From positions 1 to 37,857 of the forward strand of contig CAZTUV010000001.1 of assembly GCA_964616595.1 (NCBI GenBank): DNA of 37,857 nt. The letters run 5' to 3'. Origin of the DNA: an uncultured Alistipes sp. (GTDB lineage: Bacteria; Bacillota; Clostridia; Oscillospirales; Ruminococcaceae). Within the stretch, counting starts at the first letter, position 1. Each line of letters begins with the position of its first letter. Below are positions 28,215-37,854 of this stretch, in pieces. The notes under the pieces are model-generated. The model was not told the origin of the DNA and made no database searches. It saw only the letters and a program-made list of their open reading frames with translations. The position numbers and the translations under genes are program-made.

Positions 28215-29308
28215 TGAAATCTTTAGGAATATATATTCATGTTCCTTTTTGTGGCAAAAAATGTGCTTATTGTGATTTTTATTCTGAAAGTTACAAAAAG
28301 GATACGGTTTCACAATATGTTGATGCTGTTATCCGTAACCTTAAGTTTTACTCCGATAAATCAAAAATTACAGATACAGTATATTTTGGTGGCGGGACTC
28401 CTTCGCTTTTAAGTCCTGAACAAATTGGAAGAATTCTTGACGAAATAAATAATAGTTTTATTCTTTCTGAAAACCCTGAAATAACACTTGAAACAAATCC
28501 CAATACGGTTGATTCTGAGAAACTGAAAAAATTTAGATGTATCGGAATAAATCGGCTGTCAATAGGTGTTCAGTCCATGATTGATGAGGAATTGAAGTTT
28601 TTAGGACGTACTCATTCGGCAGAAAGAGCTGAAAAAGCTGTTGTGGACGCTTATGGAGCAGGATTTGAAAATATTTCATGCGATGTTATGATAGCTTTAC
28701 CTAATCAATCTGTAAGCAGTCTTGAATATACACTAGATAAAATAACAACTTTGCCAATACAGCATATTTCCGGATATATTCTTAAAACGGAATACGGTAC
28801 GCCTTTTGACTGCGATGAAATAAAAAATTCTCTTCCTGATGACGACACAACAGCAGAACTATATATTAAAATGACAGAAACTTTAAAGAATAAAGGCTTT
28901 CAGCAATATGAAGTATCAAACTTTGCGTTAAAAGGTTTTGAAAGTCAGCATAATTGCCGTTATTGGAAATGCTTTGATTATATAGGTATAGGACCATCGT
29001 CACACTCTTGCAATAATGGCAAACGTTTTGCGGTAGATAGAGATTTGTTTGACTTTATAAAAAGTCCTGTTCAAAAAGTTACGGTTACAGAGGATAATCC
29101 ATGTACTTTTGAAGAGTATGCCATGCTTAGACTAAGACTTTCTGAAGGACTTGATTTGAATGTTTTTCCGGAACATAAGGACAGAATATTAAAAAAAATT
29201 CCCGAACTTATTAAATCGGGATATGTAAATTATAATGGTATTTGTATCTCTCTTACGCCGACTGGGTTTATGGTATCAAATTCTATAATAGAATATCTTA
29301 TTTTCTGA
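28214..29308 (+). CDS. hemW: Radical SAM heme chaperone HemW (HemN-like)
   Basis: YIHVPFCGKKCAYCDF, YFGGGTPS, NRLSIGVQS, YEVSNFA, HNCRYW; typical lepA neighbour. Confidence 0.93.
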   Translation: MKSLGIYIHVPFCGKKCAYCDFYSESYKKDTVSQYVDAVIRNLKFYSDKSKITDTVYFGGGTPSLLSPEQIGRILDEINNSFILSENPEITLETNPNTVDSEKLKKFRCIGINRLSIGVQSMIDEELKFLGRTHSAERAEKAVVDAYGAGFENISCDVMIALPNQSVSSLEYTLDKITTLPIQHISGYILKTEYGTPFDCDEIKNSLPDDDTTAELYIKMTETLKNKGFQQYEVSNFALKGFESQHNCRYWKCFDYIGIGPSSHSCNNGKRFAVDRDLFDFIKSPVQKVTVTEDNPCTFEEYAMLRLRLSEGLDLNVFPEHKDRILKKIPELIKSGYVNYNGICISLTPTGFMVSNSIIEYLIF

Positions 29309-29962
29309 TTATTCAAGAAGTTCCTGACGCATTTGTGTGAGGAGCTTTTTTTCACGTCTTGAAACCTGAACCTGTGTCATATTTAATATCTGTGCTGTTT
29401 TTGACTGAGTTAAATTTTTAAAATATCTTAATTCAATAAGTATACGGTCTTTGCTGTCAAGTCGTGACATAATCTGACGGAGTGCCAATAAATCAACAAT
29501 TGTTTCATCTGGCGATTCTGACGGAACATCTATTTGTCCTTCGTCATCAGATGAAGTAAGGGAAAGCAATGGCATACTTACACATAATGCCTCTGAAATG
29601 TTTTCTTCTGGTTCTCCTGAAAGTGCAGACAGTTCGCTGATAGTAGGTTCTCTGCATTCATTGTGTCTGAATTCCTCACATATTTTTTGAATATGTAATG
29701 ATAGTTCTTTAAGGCTGCGACTAACTTTGATAGTTCCTCCATCACGAAATAATCTTTTTATTTCACCGAGAATTACCGGAACTGCATAAGTTGAAAATTT
29801 TACGCCACGTTCTGTATCAAAAGCTTTTATTGCTTTGAGAAGTCCGATACACCCAGCTGAATATAGCTCCTCATAATCAATGCCACGTCCACGGAACTTA
29901 TTTGCACAGAGATGTACTAATCCTAAGTTTTCTTCAGCAAGAGGTTTTTTAATAGTTTCCAT
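29309..29962 (-). CDS. sigF: Sporulation sigma factor F
   Basis: ENLGLVH, FSTYAVPVILGEIKRLFRD, TQVQVSR; third gene of the spoIIA operon. ATG 29962 preferred over TTG 29971. Confidence 0.9.
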   Translation of the reverse strand: METIKKPLAEENLGLVHLCANKFRGRGIDYEELYSAGCIGLLKAIKAFDTERGVKFSTYAVPVILGEIKRLFRDGGTIKVSRSLKELSLHIQKICEEFRHNECREPTISELSALSGEPEENISEALCVSMPLLSLTSSDDEGQIDVPSESPDETIVDLLALRQIMSRLDSKDRILIELRYFKNLTQSKTAQILNMTQVQVSRREKKLLTQMRQELLE

Positions 29963-30389
29963 GTATAGCAAGCCTCTTACGCATTATAACAGTTGTACCC
30001 TGACCTACCTTGCTTTTTACTGTAAGTTTGTCCATAAACGATTCCATTACAGAAAAGCCCAGACCAGAGCGTTCTTCTTCCGGAGCGGTGGTAAAAAGAG
30101 GTTCCATAGCTTTATTTACGTCGGGAATTCCGCAACCTTTGTCACGGACTTTTATGTAAATTTCTCTTTTAGGCAATAAACGGACAGTTATTTCAATGTT
30201 TCCCTTTGAATTTCTGTAACCATGTACTATTGCGTTAGTGACAGCTTCGGAAACAGCTGTGCGTATATCTGAAAGTTCTTCAACCATAGGGTCGCTTTGC
30301 GTTATGAACGATGAAACAACTGCTCTTGATGTACTTTCATTTACAGAAAGAGATGGTACAGTAAATTTTATTTCATTAAGTATTTCCAT
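29949..30389 (-). CDS. spoIIAB: Anti-sigma F factor
   Basis: TAVSEAVTNAIVHGY, DKGCGI, AMEPLFTT, ERSGLGFSVMESFMD. Confidence 0.95.
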   Translation of the reverse strand: MEILNEIKFTVPSLSVNESTSRAVVSSFITQSDPMVEELSDIRTAVSEAVTNAIVHGYRNSKGNIEITVRLLPKREIYIKVRDKGCGIPDVNKAMEPLFTTAPEEERSGLGFSVMESFMDKLTVKSKVGQGTTVIMRKRLAIHGNY

Positions 30390-30401
30390 AATTTTTTCTC
30401 C

Positions 30402-30707
30402 TTATGTTATTTTCACAAGTCTTTCCATACCAGCAAGTTTTAAAACCCGTCGTATATATGGCTGGGGATTACATATTTCAAGGTTTCCGCCAAACTTATG
30501 CATCAGACGACTTCTTCCCATTATAAGACCTATTCCGGAACTGTCCATAAATGTTATATTTCCAAAGTCAATAATAAGTTCCGGAGGCTGAACAGTTAAT
30601 ATATATTTGTCAAGCTGACTGCGTATTTCCTGAGCATTATGATGGTCTATTTCGCCATTTAAAACTGCTATGGCATGACCATTCACGGATTTTATATCAA
30701 TATTCAT
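30402..30707 (-). CDS. spoIIAA: Anti-sigma F factor antagonist
   Basis: GEIDHHNA, FMDSSGIGLIMGR. Confidence 0.93.
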   Translation of the reverse strand: MNIDIKSVNGHAIAVLNGEIDHHNAQEIRSQLDKYILTVQPPELIIDFGNITFMDSSGIGLIMGRSRLMHKFGGNLEICNPQPYIRRVLKLAGMERLVKIT

Positions 30708-30875
30708 TGTATTCTCCCTTCTTAATGTTTGTATTTATTATACTATATGAAATGGTCGTATTATGTCATAAAAAGCTTTTCGATTAATAATTTTTTTAAA
30801 TATTAAAAATTTGGTGAAAAAGATTGAAAAATGTCTTGCATAGTGTTATAATTATACTTGTTTGGAGGTGAGAGT

Positions 30876-31448
30876 TTGGCTAAACAATTTTGGAAAGGCA
30901 GTGCATTGCTTGCACCTGTTCCGGCAGCACTTGTTACTTGTGGTACTATGGAAAAAACTAATGTTTTAACAATCGGCTGGACAGGAATATGCTGTACCCG
31001 TCCGCCTATGACATATATTTCAGTCAGACCGGAACGTTTTTCGCATGATATAATAAAAGAATCCGGAGAATTTGTTATAAATCTTACTACCTCTGCTATG
31101 GTAAAACAAACAGATTTCTGCGGTGTGAAAAGCGGACGTGATATGAATAAGATTGAAAAATGCAATTTTCATCTGGTTGAATCACATAAACTGAACGTTC
31201 CGTTGATTGAAGAATGTCCTGTATCTTTGGAATGCCGTGTAGTTGAGGTTAAGCCATTAGGCAGCCATACAATGTTTCTCGCAGAAATAATAGGTGTCGA
31301 TGTTGATGAGAAATTTATTGACAGCAAAGGAAAACTTAATCTTCAGCAATGTGGCCTCATGGCATATGCACATGGAGAATATTTTGCACTTGGCAGAAAA
31401 TTAGGCGACTTTGGTTACTCTGTCCGTAAGAAAAAACGTAATAAATAA
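30876..31448 (+). CDS. Flavin reductase-like (flavoredoxin) family protein
   Basis: PVPAALVTC, ISVRPERFS, GEFVINL, ECPVSLEC, GSHTMF; GGAGGTG RBS before TTG 30876; TTGAAA-17-TATAAT at 30824-30852. Confidence 0.88.
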   Translation: MAKQFWKGSALLAPVPAALVTCGTMEKTNVLTIGWTGICCTRPPMTYISVRPERFSHDIIKESGEFVINLTTSAMVKQTDFCGVKSGRDMNKIEKCNFHLVESHKLNVPLIEECPVSLECRVVEVKPLGSHTMFLAEIIGVDVDEKFIDSKGKLNLQQCGLMAYAHGEYFALGRKLGDFGYSVRKKKRNK

Positions 31449-31452
31449 TTAT

Positions 31453-31791
31453 TCAACCTGAAATATCTTCAATAAATTGTCTCAATTGTTCATCAGATTC
31501 AATCGTTATTCCTGCTGAAATCTGCTGACGGTCATATTCTGAAAGTAAATTTACATTATAATCAATTATTTTATATGGTTTATCTGCTTCTCCACGGAAT
31601 ACCCCTATTTTACCATTATATTCACGGACAATACATTCAGGCTGAGAAACTTCAGGTACATTTACTGCGGATTTTATTTGAGTTCTGGTTATTTGTATGT
31701 TTTGTGCAATGGTACATATTATGATGAATCCTGATATTGCTGTTGCAGTAAATATTGTAAAAAAGATTTTCCGATTGATAGATTTTTTCAT
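31453..31791 (-). CDS. BofC C-terminal-domain-like secreted/membrane protein
   Basis: N-terminal TM; VREYNGKIGVF..LSEYDRQQISAGI..FIED pattern; GGAGG RBS. Confidence 0.7.
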   Translation of the reverse strand: MKKSINRKIFFTIFTATAISGFIIICTIAQNIQITRTQIKSAVNVPEVSQPECIVREYNGKIGVFRGEADKPYKIIDYNVNLLSEYDRQQISAGITIESDEQLRQFIEDISG

Positions 31792-31880
31792 AAAATTTAC
31801 CTCCTTTAATGAATTTAATGTTAATATTATTGGAGGTTTTTGCTAAATTATACAAAATGATGTTTTTTTTTAGAAAACCC

Positions 31881-31909
31881 TTAACATCTATAAAAAAATG
31901 TGGTATAAT
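31881..31909 (+). promoter_or_regulatory. Probable sigma-A promoter for the PBP gene
   Basis: TTAACA-17 nt-TATAAT with extended TG. Confidence 0.6.
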
Positions 31910-31971
31910 ATAAATCATATAAATATCAGAAAGGAGTTACTACCGTTAAAAAAATACGGTAAAAAAACAAA

Positions 31972-34608
31972 ATGGATAATACAAATATTGTTCAGCAAAC
32001 TGGTAATCATAAGAAAAAGAAAAAACAAAGTTTGCCAGTCAGGATTTTAAAAAAATTTCTGGCTGTAATATCAACTACTTTGTTATCATTGTTTCTTGTG
32101 ATGGTTATCACCGGAACTATTGTGGCAACGGCACTTACTATTTATGTTCTGGACTTTATGGGCGATTCAACTAATGTTACTCTTCAGGAACTTGAATCCG
32201 GAAGTGATACCTACTTTTATGGTATTCAGACAGATGATGATGGTGAAGAAGAAATTGTAATACTTAATCGTGTAAAAACTGATGTCCAGCGTATTCCGGT
32301 ATCAATCGACAGAATACCTCAACATGTAAGAGATGCTTTTGTTTATACAGAAGATGAACGTTTTTATGTTCATGAAGGCGTGGATTATAAACGTACTCTT
32401 TCGGCATTTCTGAATATGTTCCTGCATTTTTATGATACTAATCAGGGTGGTTCTACGATTACTCAGCAGCTTATTAAAAACCTTACAGGTGATGACGAAC
32501 AATCGCCTCAGCGAAAAATACGTGAGATTTTCAGTGCAATGCAACTGGAAAGAACTTACTCGAAAGATGAAATATTAGAAGAATATCTTAATTATATCGG
32601 TTTTGGTGGCCCTATAAATGGAATACAACTTGCATCTATAAGATATTTCGGAAAAAATGTTGAGGATTTAACTGTTCCTGAAGCGGCGGTTCTTGCATCT
32701 ATACCAAAATCACCACAATATTATGGCCCGTTTGTCGAAACATATGATGATGATAACAATCTTATAGTCGATGGTAAAGCTAATAATAAAGAACGTCAAA
32801 GATATGTACTTTATCAGATGTATAAAAATGGTGCTATAACTTTTGATGAGTATCAGAAATATCTGGATACTAACCTTGTATACACTGATTCGGAAGAATA
32901 TCTGAGACTGCACCCTGAAGATAATGCGGAGGAAATGGAACAGGAACAAAAAGCTTATTCATGGGTTGTCGATGCTATGTATTATGAAGTGGCTGACTTT
33001 ATGATGGAAGAATATAATATCGATGAAAGTCAGGCGTATGCACGTATTAACAGTGGTGGCTATAAGATTTATTCTACTGTTGATGATACTATGCAAAAAT
33101 ATGTTGAAGAAAAGTTCCTTGATTTAAGTAATCTTGTAAATGTCGACAGCGTACGGAGGTGGGCAGATATAGACGGCGATGGCGAAAGTGAAGAATATTT
33201 GCCACACGTTGCATTTATTGCCCTTAATTATGATGGCTCTGTAAAGGCTCTTGCAGGTGACTGGGGAGAAAAAACCACATCACTTTCAACAAGTTACGCC
33301 GTACAGGAAAGGCGACAAGTAGGTTCAACAATGAAACCTGTTTCAACATACGCCCTTGCTCTTGAAAATGATGTTATTCATTGGGGAACTCCTTTCAGAG
33401 ATGAACCTATCATGAAAGATGCTAATGGTGACCCATGGCCTACTAACTATGGTAAAACTCTTTCTTATGGTACACATAGTGTATATTATTTCCTGCAACA
33501 ATCGTTTAATACTGTTCCGGCACAACTTTGTCAGACGCTTACTCCGGAGGCTGTATTTGAGTTCTGTACCGAAAACCTCGGTCTTGAACTTGACCCGCTT
33601 GATGAAGATATTGCACCACTTGCACTCGGAGCATTGACTTATGGTATTACCCTTGAAAATCTTGTAAATGCTTATTTACCTTATGGTAACAATGGCGTTT
33701 ACAATGAAGCCCATATTGTCACTAAGATTGAGGACAGCAATCAGCAAATTATTTATGAGAATGATGGTAATGCAAGATATGCTGTAAGTGATGAAACAGC
33801 TTGGGTTATGAACAGACTCCTTAAAAATGTTGTCGAGAATGGTACTGGTACTGCTGCTAAACTCAGCAATAAAGTAGTCGTGGGTAAAACAGGTACAACT
33901 GATAACTGGTATGATGAGGCGTTTGTAGGAATGACAAGAGATTTTGTGGCAGGTATTACAGTAGGTTACAAATATAATAATAATGCTCTTTGTTTGCCAC
34001 AGAATTTCAAATCTGCACAGGTATGGCAGAATATTATAGGCGAATATGCTAATACAATGTTTGAAGATACTCCGGCTGATTTCGACCCTGTTGAATCCGT
34101 TATTGAAGCTCCTATGTGTGCATATAGCGGAAATATTGCCGGTGCATATTGTCCTAAAGGCGTAACAGGTTACTGGAAATCAACAAATGCTCCTTATTGT
34201 ACAGGTTCGCATTCTGGTACGCTTTCCAATGGTTCATCAAGTAGTTCTTCAACAAGCAGTTCAAGTAATAGCAACAATTATAATAATAGTTATAGCAACA
34301 GTTATAGTAATAGTTATAACAATAATACTTGGTCTAATAGTAGTTCGAGCAGTACATGGTCTGATAATAATTCAGGTAATACTTGGACTGATAGTAGTTC
34401 AAGCGGAAATACCTGGTCAGATAATAGCTGGAGCAGTGGCTCTGACAGTTCTTGGAGTACTGGAGAGGATAACTCATGGTCAGGTGGAAACGATTATTCC
34501 GGAGGAGATTATTCCAGTGATTCTTCAGGCTGGGGAGATTACTCGGGTGGAAACGATTACTCCGGTGGAGGAGATTACTCTGATTATTCCGATTATACGG
34601 GTTATTAA
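31972..34608 (+). CDS. Class A penicillin-binding protein (transglycosylase/transpeptidase, PBP1A-like)
   Basis: EDERFYVHEGVD, GGSTITQQ, RKIRE; STMK, SFN, KTG; low-complexity C-terminal tail. Confidence 0.95.
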   Translation: MDNTNIVQQTGNHKKKKKQSLPVRILKKFLAVISTTLLSLFLVMVITGTIVATALTIYVLDFMGDSTNVTLQELESGSDTYFYGIQTDDDGEEEIVILNRVKTDVQRIPVSIDRIPQHVRDAFVYTEDERFYVHEGVDYKRTLSAFLNMFLHFYDTNQGGSTITQQLIKNLTGDDEQSPQRKIREIFSAMQLERTYSKDEILEEYLNYIGFGGPINGIQLASIRYFGKNVEDLTVPEAAVLASIPKSPQYYGPFVETYDDDNNLIVDGKANNKERQRYVLYQMYKNGAITFDEYQKYLDTNLVYTDSEEYLRLHPEDNAEEMEQEQKAYSWVVDAMYYEVADFMMEEYNIDESQAYARINSGGYKIYSTVDDTMQKYVEEKFLDLSNLVNVDSVRRWADIDGDGESEEYLPHVAFIALNYDGSVKALAGDWGEKTTSLSTSYAVQERRQVGSTMKPVSTYALALENDVIHWGTPFRDEPIMKDANGDPWPTNYGKTLSYGTHSVYYFLQQSFNTVPAQLCQTLTPEAVFEFCTENLGLELDPLDEDIAPLALGALTYGITLENLVNAYLPYGNNGVYNEAHIVTKIEDSNQQIIYENDGNARYAVSDETAWVMNRLLKNVVENGTGTAAKLSNKVVVGKTGTTDNWYDEAFVGMTRDFVAGITVGYKYNNNALCLPQNFKSAQVWQNIIGEYANTMFEDTPADFDPVESVIEAPMCAYSGNIAGAYCPKGVTGYWKSTNAPYCTGSHSGTLSNGSSSSSSTSSSSNSNNYNNSYSNSYSNSYNNNTWSNSSSSSTWSDNNSGNTWTDSSSSGNTWSDNSWSSGSDSSWSTGEDNSWSGGNDYSGGDYSSDSSGWGDYSGGNDYSGGGDYSDYSDYTGY

Positions 34609-34617
34609 TTAATGAAA

Positions 34618-34650
34618 ATACCGGTTAAACCAAGTTTAGCCGGTATATTT
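34618..34650 (+). terminator. Stem-loop / probable terminator after the PBP gene
   Basis: ATACCGGTTAAAC-CAA-GTTTAGCCGGTAT; weak U tail. Confidence 0.6.
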
Positions 34651-34666
34651 AATAAGGAGGTTTTTT

Positions 34667-35782
34667 ATGAATAATTCAATAAGATTGTCTTGCCCGTGCC
34701 ATTTTGGACTGGAAAGTGTTCTTAAATATGAGGTTTCAAAGATAGGCGGAGAAGATATAAAGGTAAATGATGGTAAAGTTAGTTTTACAGGTGACGAAAA
34801 TATTCTTGCCAGAGCTAATATATGTTTGTCTACTGCCGAACGTGTTATGATTGAATTGGCTGAATTTAAAGCTGTAACTTTTGAGGAACTTTTCCAAGGT
34901 ATAAAGGCTATTGAATTTGAACGTTGGATTGGTATAAAAGATGCTTTTCCGGTTAAAGGATATTCCCTTAATTCTGCATTGCATAGTGTTCCCGACTGTC
35001 AGGCAATTATCAAAAAAGCTGTTGTTGAACGCCTTAAAGGAAAGTATGGCATAAATTGGTTTGAGGAATCAGGTTCGACAGTGCAAATAAAGTTTAGTAT
35101 TCTTAAGGATATTGTAACAGTTTATCTTGATACAAGCGGAACAGGACTTCATAAGAGAGGATACAGACGTAATTCAAATGCTGCTCCGATTAAGGAAACA
35201 CTTGCCGCAGGTATTATTGACCTTGCAAGAGTACGTCCTGATTCAATAGTATGTGACCCGTTTTGTGGAAGTGGTACTTTACTTATTGAGGCAGGGCTTA
35301 AAGCATTAAAAATTGCTCCGGGTATAAACAGACGTTTTTCCGCTGAAAAATGGGAGTGTATTCCGGCAGAAATATGGCGTGAGGAAAGAACACGTGCTAT
35401 TGATAATGTAGACCGTTCAGCAAAATTTGAGGGTATTGGATTTGATATAGATGATTCAGCAGTAGCATTGACTTTGGATAACGCTCATAAAGCAGGAATA
35501 AAATCACGTATCAGAATTGAACAGGCAGATATTTCTAAATTTAAACAACCTGAAAATTCAATAGTTATATGCAATCCTCCATATGGAGAAAGATTGCTTG
35601 AAATCCGTGAAGCAGAAGATATTTACAGAAAAATGGGACGTGTTTTTGGTAAAGATATTGGACAGTCAAGTTATATTATTTCGCCACATGAAGAATTTGA
35701 GAAATTTTTTGGCAAAAATGCACGTAAACGTCGTAAACTCTACAATGGTATGATAAAATGTCAATTGTTTATGTATTTTTGA
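34667..35782 (+). CDS. THUMP-domain SAM-dependent RNA methyltransferase (RlmL/YpsC-like)
   Basis: DTSGTGLHKRGYR, APIKETLAA, DPFCGSGT, NPPYGER, KLYNG. Confidence 0.92.
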   Translation: MNNSIRLSCPCHFGLESVLKYEVSKIGGEDIKVNDGKVSFTGDENILARANICLSTAERVMIELAEFKAVTFEELFQGIKAIEFERWIGIKDAFPVKGYSLNSALHSVPDCQAIIKKAVVERLKGKYGINWFEESGSTVQIKFSILKDIVTVYLDTSGTGLHKRGYRRNSNAAPIKETLAAGIIDLARVRPDSIVCDPFCGSGTLLIEAGLKALKIAPGINRRFSAEKWECIPAEIWREERTRAIDNVDRSAKFEGIGFDIDDSAVALTLDNAHKAGIKSRIRIEQADISKFKQPENSIVICNPPYGERLLEIREAEDIYRKMGRVFGKDIGQSSYIISPHEEFEKFFGKNARKRRKLYNGMIKCQLFMYF

Positions 35783-35783
35783 T

Positions 35784-36425
35784 ATGAATTATTTTATCAG
35801 GAGAAATATAATTAATCTTGTATTTCCTAATAGATGTCCCGTATGTAATAAAATTATACATGCTAATGACCGTTTCTGTCAGATGTGTACAAATAAGCTT
35901 ACAATGTATACCGGAAACTTTGAAATAACGGGAGCTTCTGAATTCTTTGCATCACTTGTTTATGATAAGGCTGTAATGCCTGCATTATTTATGCTGAAAA
36001 ATGGTGAATGTGGTAATGCAGATTATGCTTTTGGAGAATATCTGTCGGACGTCCTTAAAGAACATGATATACAAAGTAAAGTGGATTTCATTGTACCAGT
36101 TCCTATGACAAAGCAGGCGTTTCGTAAACGTGGATATAATCAGGCAGAACTTATCTCAAAAGTTGTCAGTGCTGAAATAAACATACCTGTTAAATCTGTT
36201 CTTAAAAAAGCACATGATACCAAAGAACAGAAAAAACTTGACAGAGCAGCCAGAAAACTTAATGTGAAAAATGTTTTTGAAATTATAGAAGATGTTTCTG
36301 GGCAAAGAATACTGGTCATTGATGATATATGTACAACTGGCAGTACTCTTTCTGAAATATCTTTGCTACTTAGAAGAAATGGAGCAGAAAACATATTTTG
36401 TGCATCTGTTATGAAAGTAATTTAA
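35784..36425 (+). CDS. ComF-family protein (zinc ribbon + phosphoribosyltransferase)
   Basis: FPNRCPVC..C..C, VPVP, RGYNQAE, VIDDICTTGSTL. Confidence 0.9.
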   Translation: MNYFIRRNIINLVFPNRCPVCNKIIHANDRFCQMCTNKLTMYTGNFEITGASEFFASLVYDKAVMPALFMLKNGECGNADYAFGEYLSDVLKEHDIQSKVDFIVPVPMTKQAFRKRGYNQAELISKVVSAEINIPVKSVLKKAHDTKEQKKLDRAARKLNVKNVFEIIEDVSGQRILVIDDICTTGSTLSEISLLLRRNGAENIFCASVMKVI

Positions 36426-36490
36426 GACATTGTTGGATAATGTTGAAATAATGTCAATAATAATTCCATTGGTTTTAATTAATTTCAGCA

Positions 36491-36716
36491 GGAATTCCCC
36501 TCTTTTAAGCGAAAGTGGGAGATGTGTTCTGACTATTGACAAACTAAAAATAATATAGCATAATATAATTAATAAATCATAGGAAGGCAAGTTGAAAAAC
36601 ACTAGGCAAAATAAGGCATATAAATTCAGAACATATCCAAATGAAGAACAATACTGTTTTCTAAAACTTCTGGCTGTACAAGGTTTATCTACAATGATAT
36701 GTTACGATTTATATGA
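36491..36716 (+). mobile_element. tnpB: IS200/IS605-family remnant: end hairpin, promoter and frameshifted tnpB 5' fragment
   Basis: NKAYKFRTYPNEEQ (36610-36651) continues after a frame change as ILFSKTSGCTRFIYN, matching the TnpB N-terminal HTH. Imperfect hairpin TTCCCCTCTT..AAGTGGGAG near 36494-36521; TTGACA-17-CATAAT at 36536-36564. Confidence 0.75.
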
Positions 36717-36786
36717 AAAAGACTTGAAATTGTTTGTGAAATGTGATAAAATATTATATATAATATTATCTGAGAAGGAGAACTTT

Positions 36787-37854
36787 ATGGCTAAAATCAA
36801 GGCTGCTGTTATTTTTGGAGGCGTTTCACGTGAATATGAACTTTCGCTTGCTTCTGCCGCTGATGTTATAGCAAATATTCCAAAAGGAAAATATGAGGTA
36901 ATCTGTATCGGCATAACACGCAAGGGCCGTTGGCTTTACTACCCCGGAGATGTTGCAGAGATAGCTTCCGGTACATGGGAACTTAATCCTGATTGTACTT
37001 CCGCCGTTATATCTCCCGACCCTCTTCATCGTGGAATAATTATTCTTGAAAATGGTGAGGCATCAATTCGTAAAGTTGATGTTATATTTCCTATACTTCA
37101 TGGGAAATTATGTGCCGATGGTACTATTCAGGGTCTGCTTGATTTATCTTGTATACCTTATGTCGGAAGTGGACTTCTTGCTGCCGCTTCATGTATGGAT
37201 AAATCCCATACACATATGGTTATGGACGATTTCGGTATAAAAACTGCTGAATGGCGTTTGATTACACAAAGAGAACTTAATGATATCGATGAACGTTGTG
37301 AGAAAATTGCATTAGAAATGGGATTCCCTCTTATAGTCAAACCTGCAAACAGTGGTAGTGATGTCGGTACAAGTTTTGCAGACAATATTGAATCCCTTGT
37401 TTCAGCAGTAAAAGTGGCTTTTTCAAATGACAATAAGGTGGTTGTTGAGAAATTTATAAGTGGCCGTAAATTTGAAGTGGCAGTTTTTGGCTATGATTCA
37501 CCGTATTCATCTTATGTCGGAGAAATAACCGATAATAAACATCATTATAATCCAAATAATTTTAATGCTGTTTCTGGTGATGACCTTACAATTCCTGCTG
37601 ACTTGCCTAAAGACATTCAGAATGATATACGCAATGTTGCTATTGAGGCTTTTAAAGCCCTTAATTGTAAAGGATTTGCAAGAGTTGACCTTTTCCTTAC
37701 AGATGACGGGGAACTGCTTCTTAATAAAATCGGTGTTGCACCTGGTCTGAGACATAATAGCGTTTTCCCTAAACTTATGAATCATCTTGGATTTTCATAT
37801 TCATATCTTATTGATAAATTGCTTGAAAATGCTATTGAAAATAATATTGAATAA
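36787..37854 (+). CDS. D-alanine--D-alanine ligase family (ATP-grasp) protein with atypical active-site motifs
   Basis: VIFGGVSRE, FPILHG, IQGLLD, CMDK, IVKPAN, ARVDLF; AAGGAG at 36775-36780 sets ATG 36787. The ORF-track extension from 36592 is tnpB debris. Confidence 0.88.
   Translation: MAKIKAAVIFGGVSREYELSLASAADVIANIPKGKYEVICIGITRKGRWLYYPGDVAEIASGTWELNPDCTSAVISPDPLHRGIIILENGEASIRKVDVIFPILHGKLCADGTIQGLLDLSCIPYVGSGLLAAASCMDKSHTHMVMDDFGIKTAEWRLITQRELNDIDERCEKIALEMGFPLIVKPANSGSDVGTSFADNIESLVSAVKVAFSNDNKVVVEKFISGRKFEVAVFGYDSPYSSYVGEITDNKHHYNPNNFNAVSGDDLTIPADLPKDIQNDIRNVAIEAFKALNCKGFARVDLFLTDDGELLLNKIGVAPGLRHNSVFPKLMNHLGFSYSYLIDKLLENAIENNIE

Noticed and set aside
28214..29308. HemW as a second cluster radical SAM enzyme
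   Set aside because: Housekeeping HemW in its usual lepA context, beyond the terminator and tRNA boundary.
29300..29320. hemW and sigF stop codons abut with no terminator
   Set aside because: Tail-to-tail packing is common and there is no evidence of regulatory antisense.
29309..30707. spoIIA operon as the sigma partner of the left-hand STAS/PP2C/RsbW module
   Set aside because: It is the ordinary sporulation operon with its own AA/AB pair in core-gene context; nothing in the sequence links the two.
34187..34612. 141-aa Ile/Val-rich alternate-frame ORF
   Set aside because: A shadow of the Ser/Asn low-complexity PBP tail; no RBS.
36592..36786. 65-aa N-terminal extension of Ddl in the ORF track
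   Set aside because: It is tnpB debris plus AT-rich intergenic sequence; the RBS supports ATG 36787.
919..37785. Many short antisense or alternate-frame ORFs in the track (e.g. 919-1227, 4870-5385, 7838-8101, 18034-18318, 27615-28076)
   Set aside because: They lie over well-supported genes and show no recognisable motifs.
36787..37854. Van-type glycopeptide resistance ligase
   Set aside because: No vanR/S/H/X/Y/T neighbours in the window and the catalytic motifs are degenerate.
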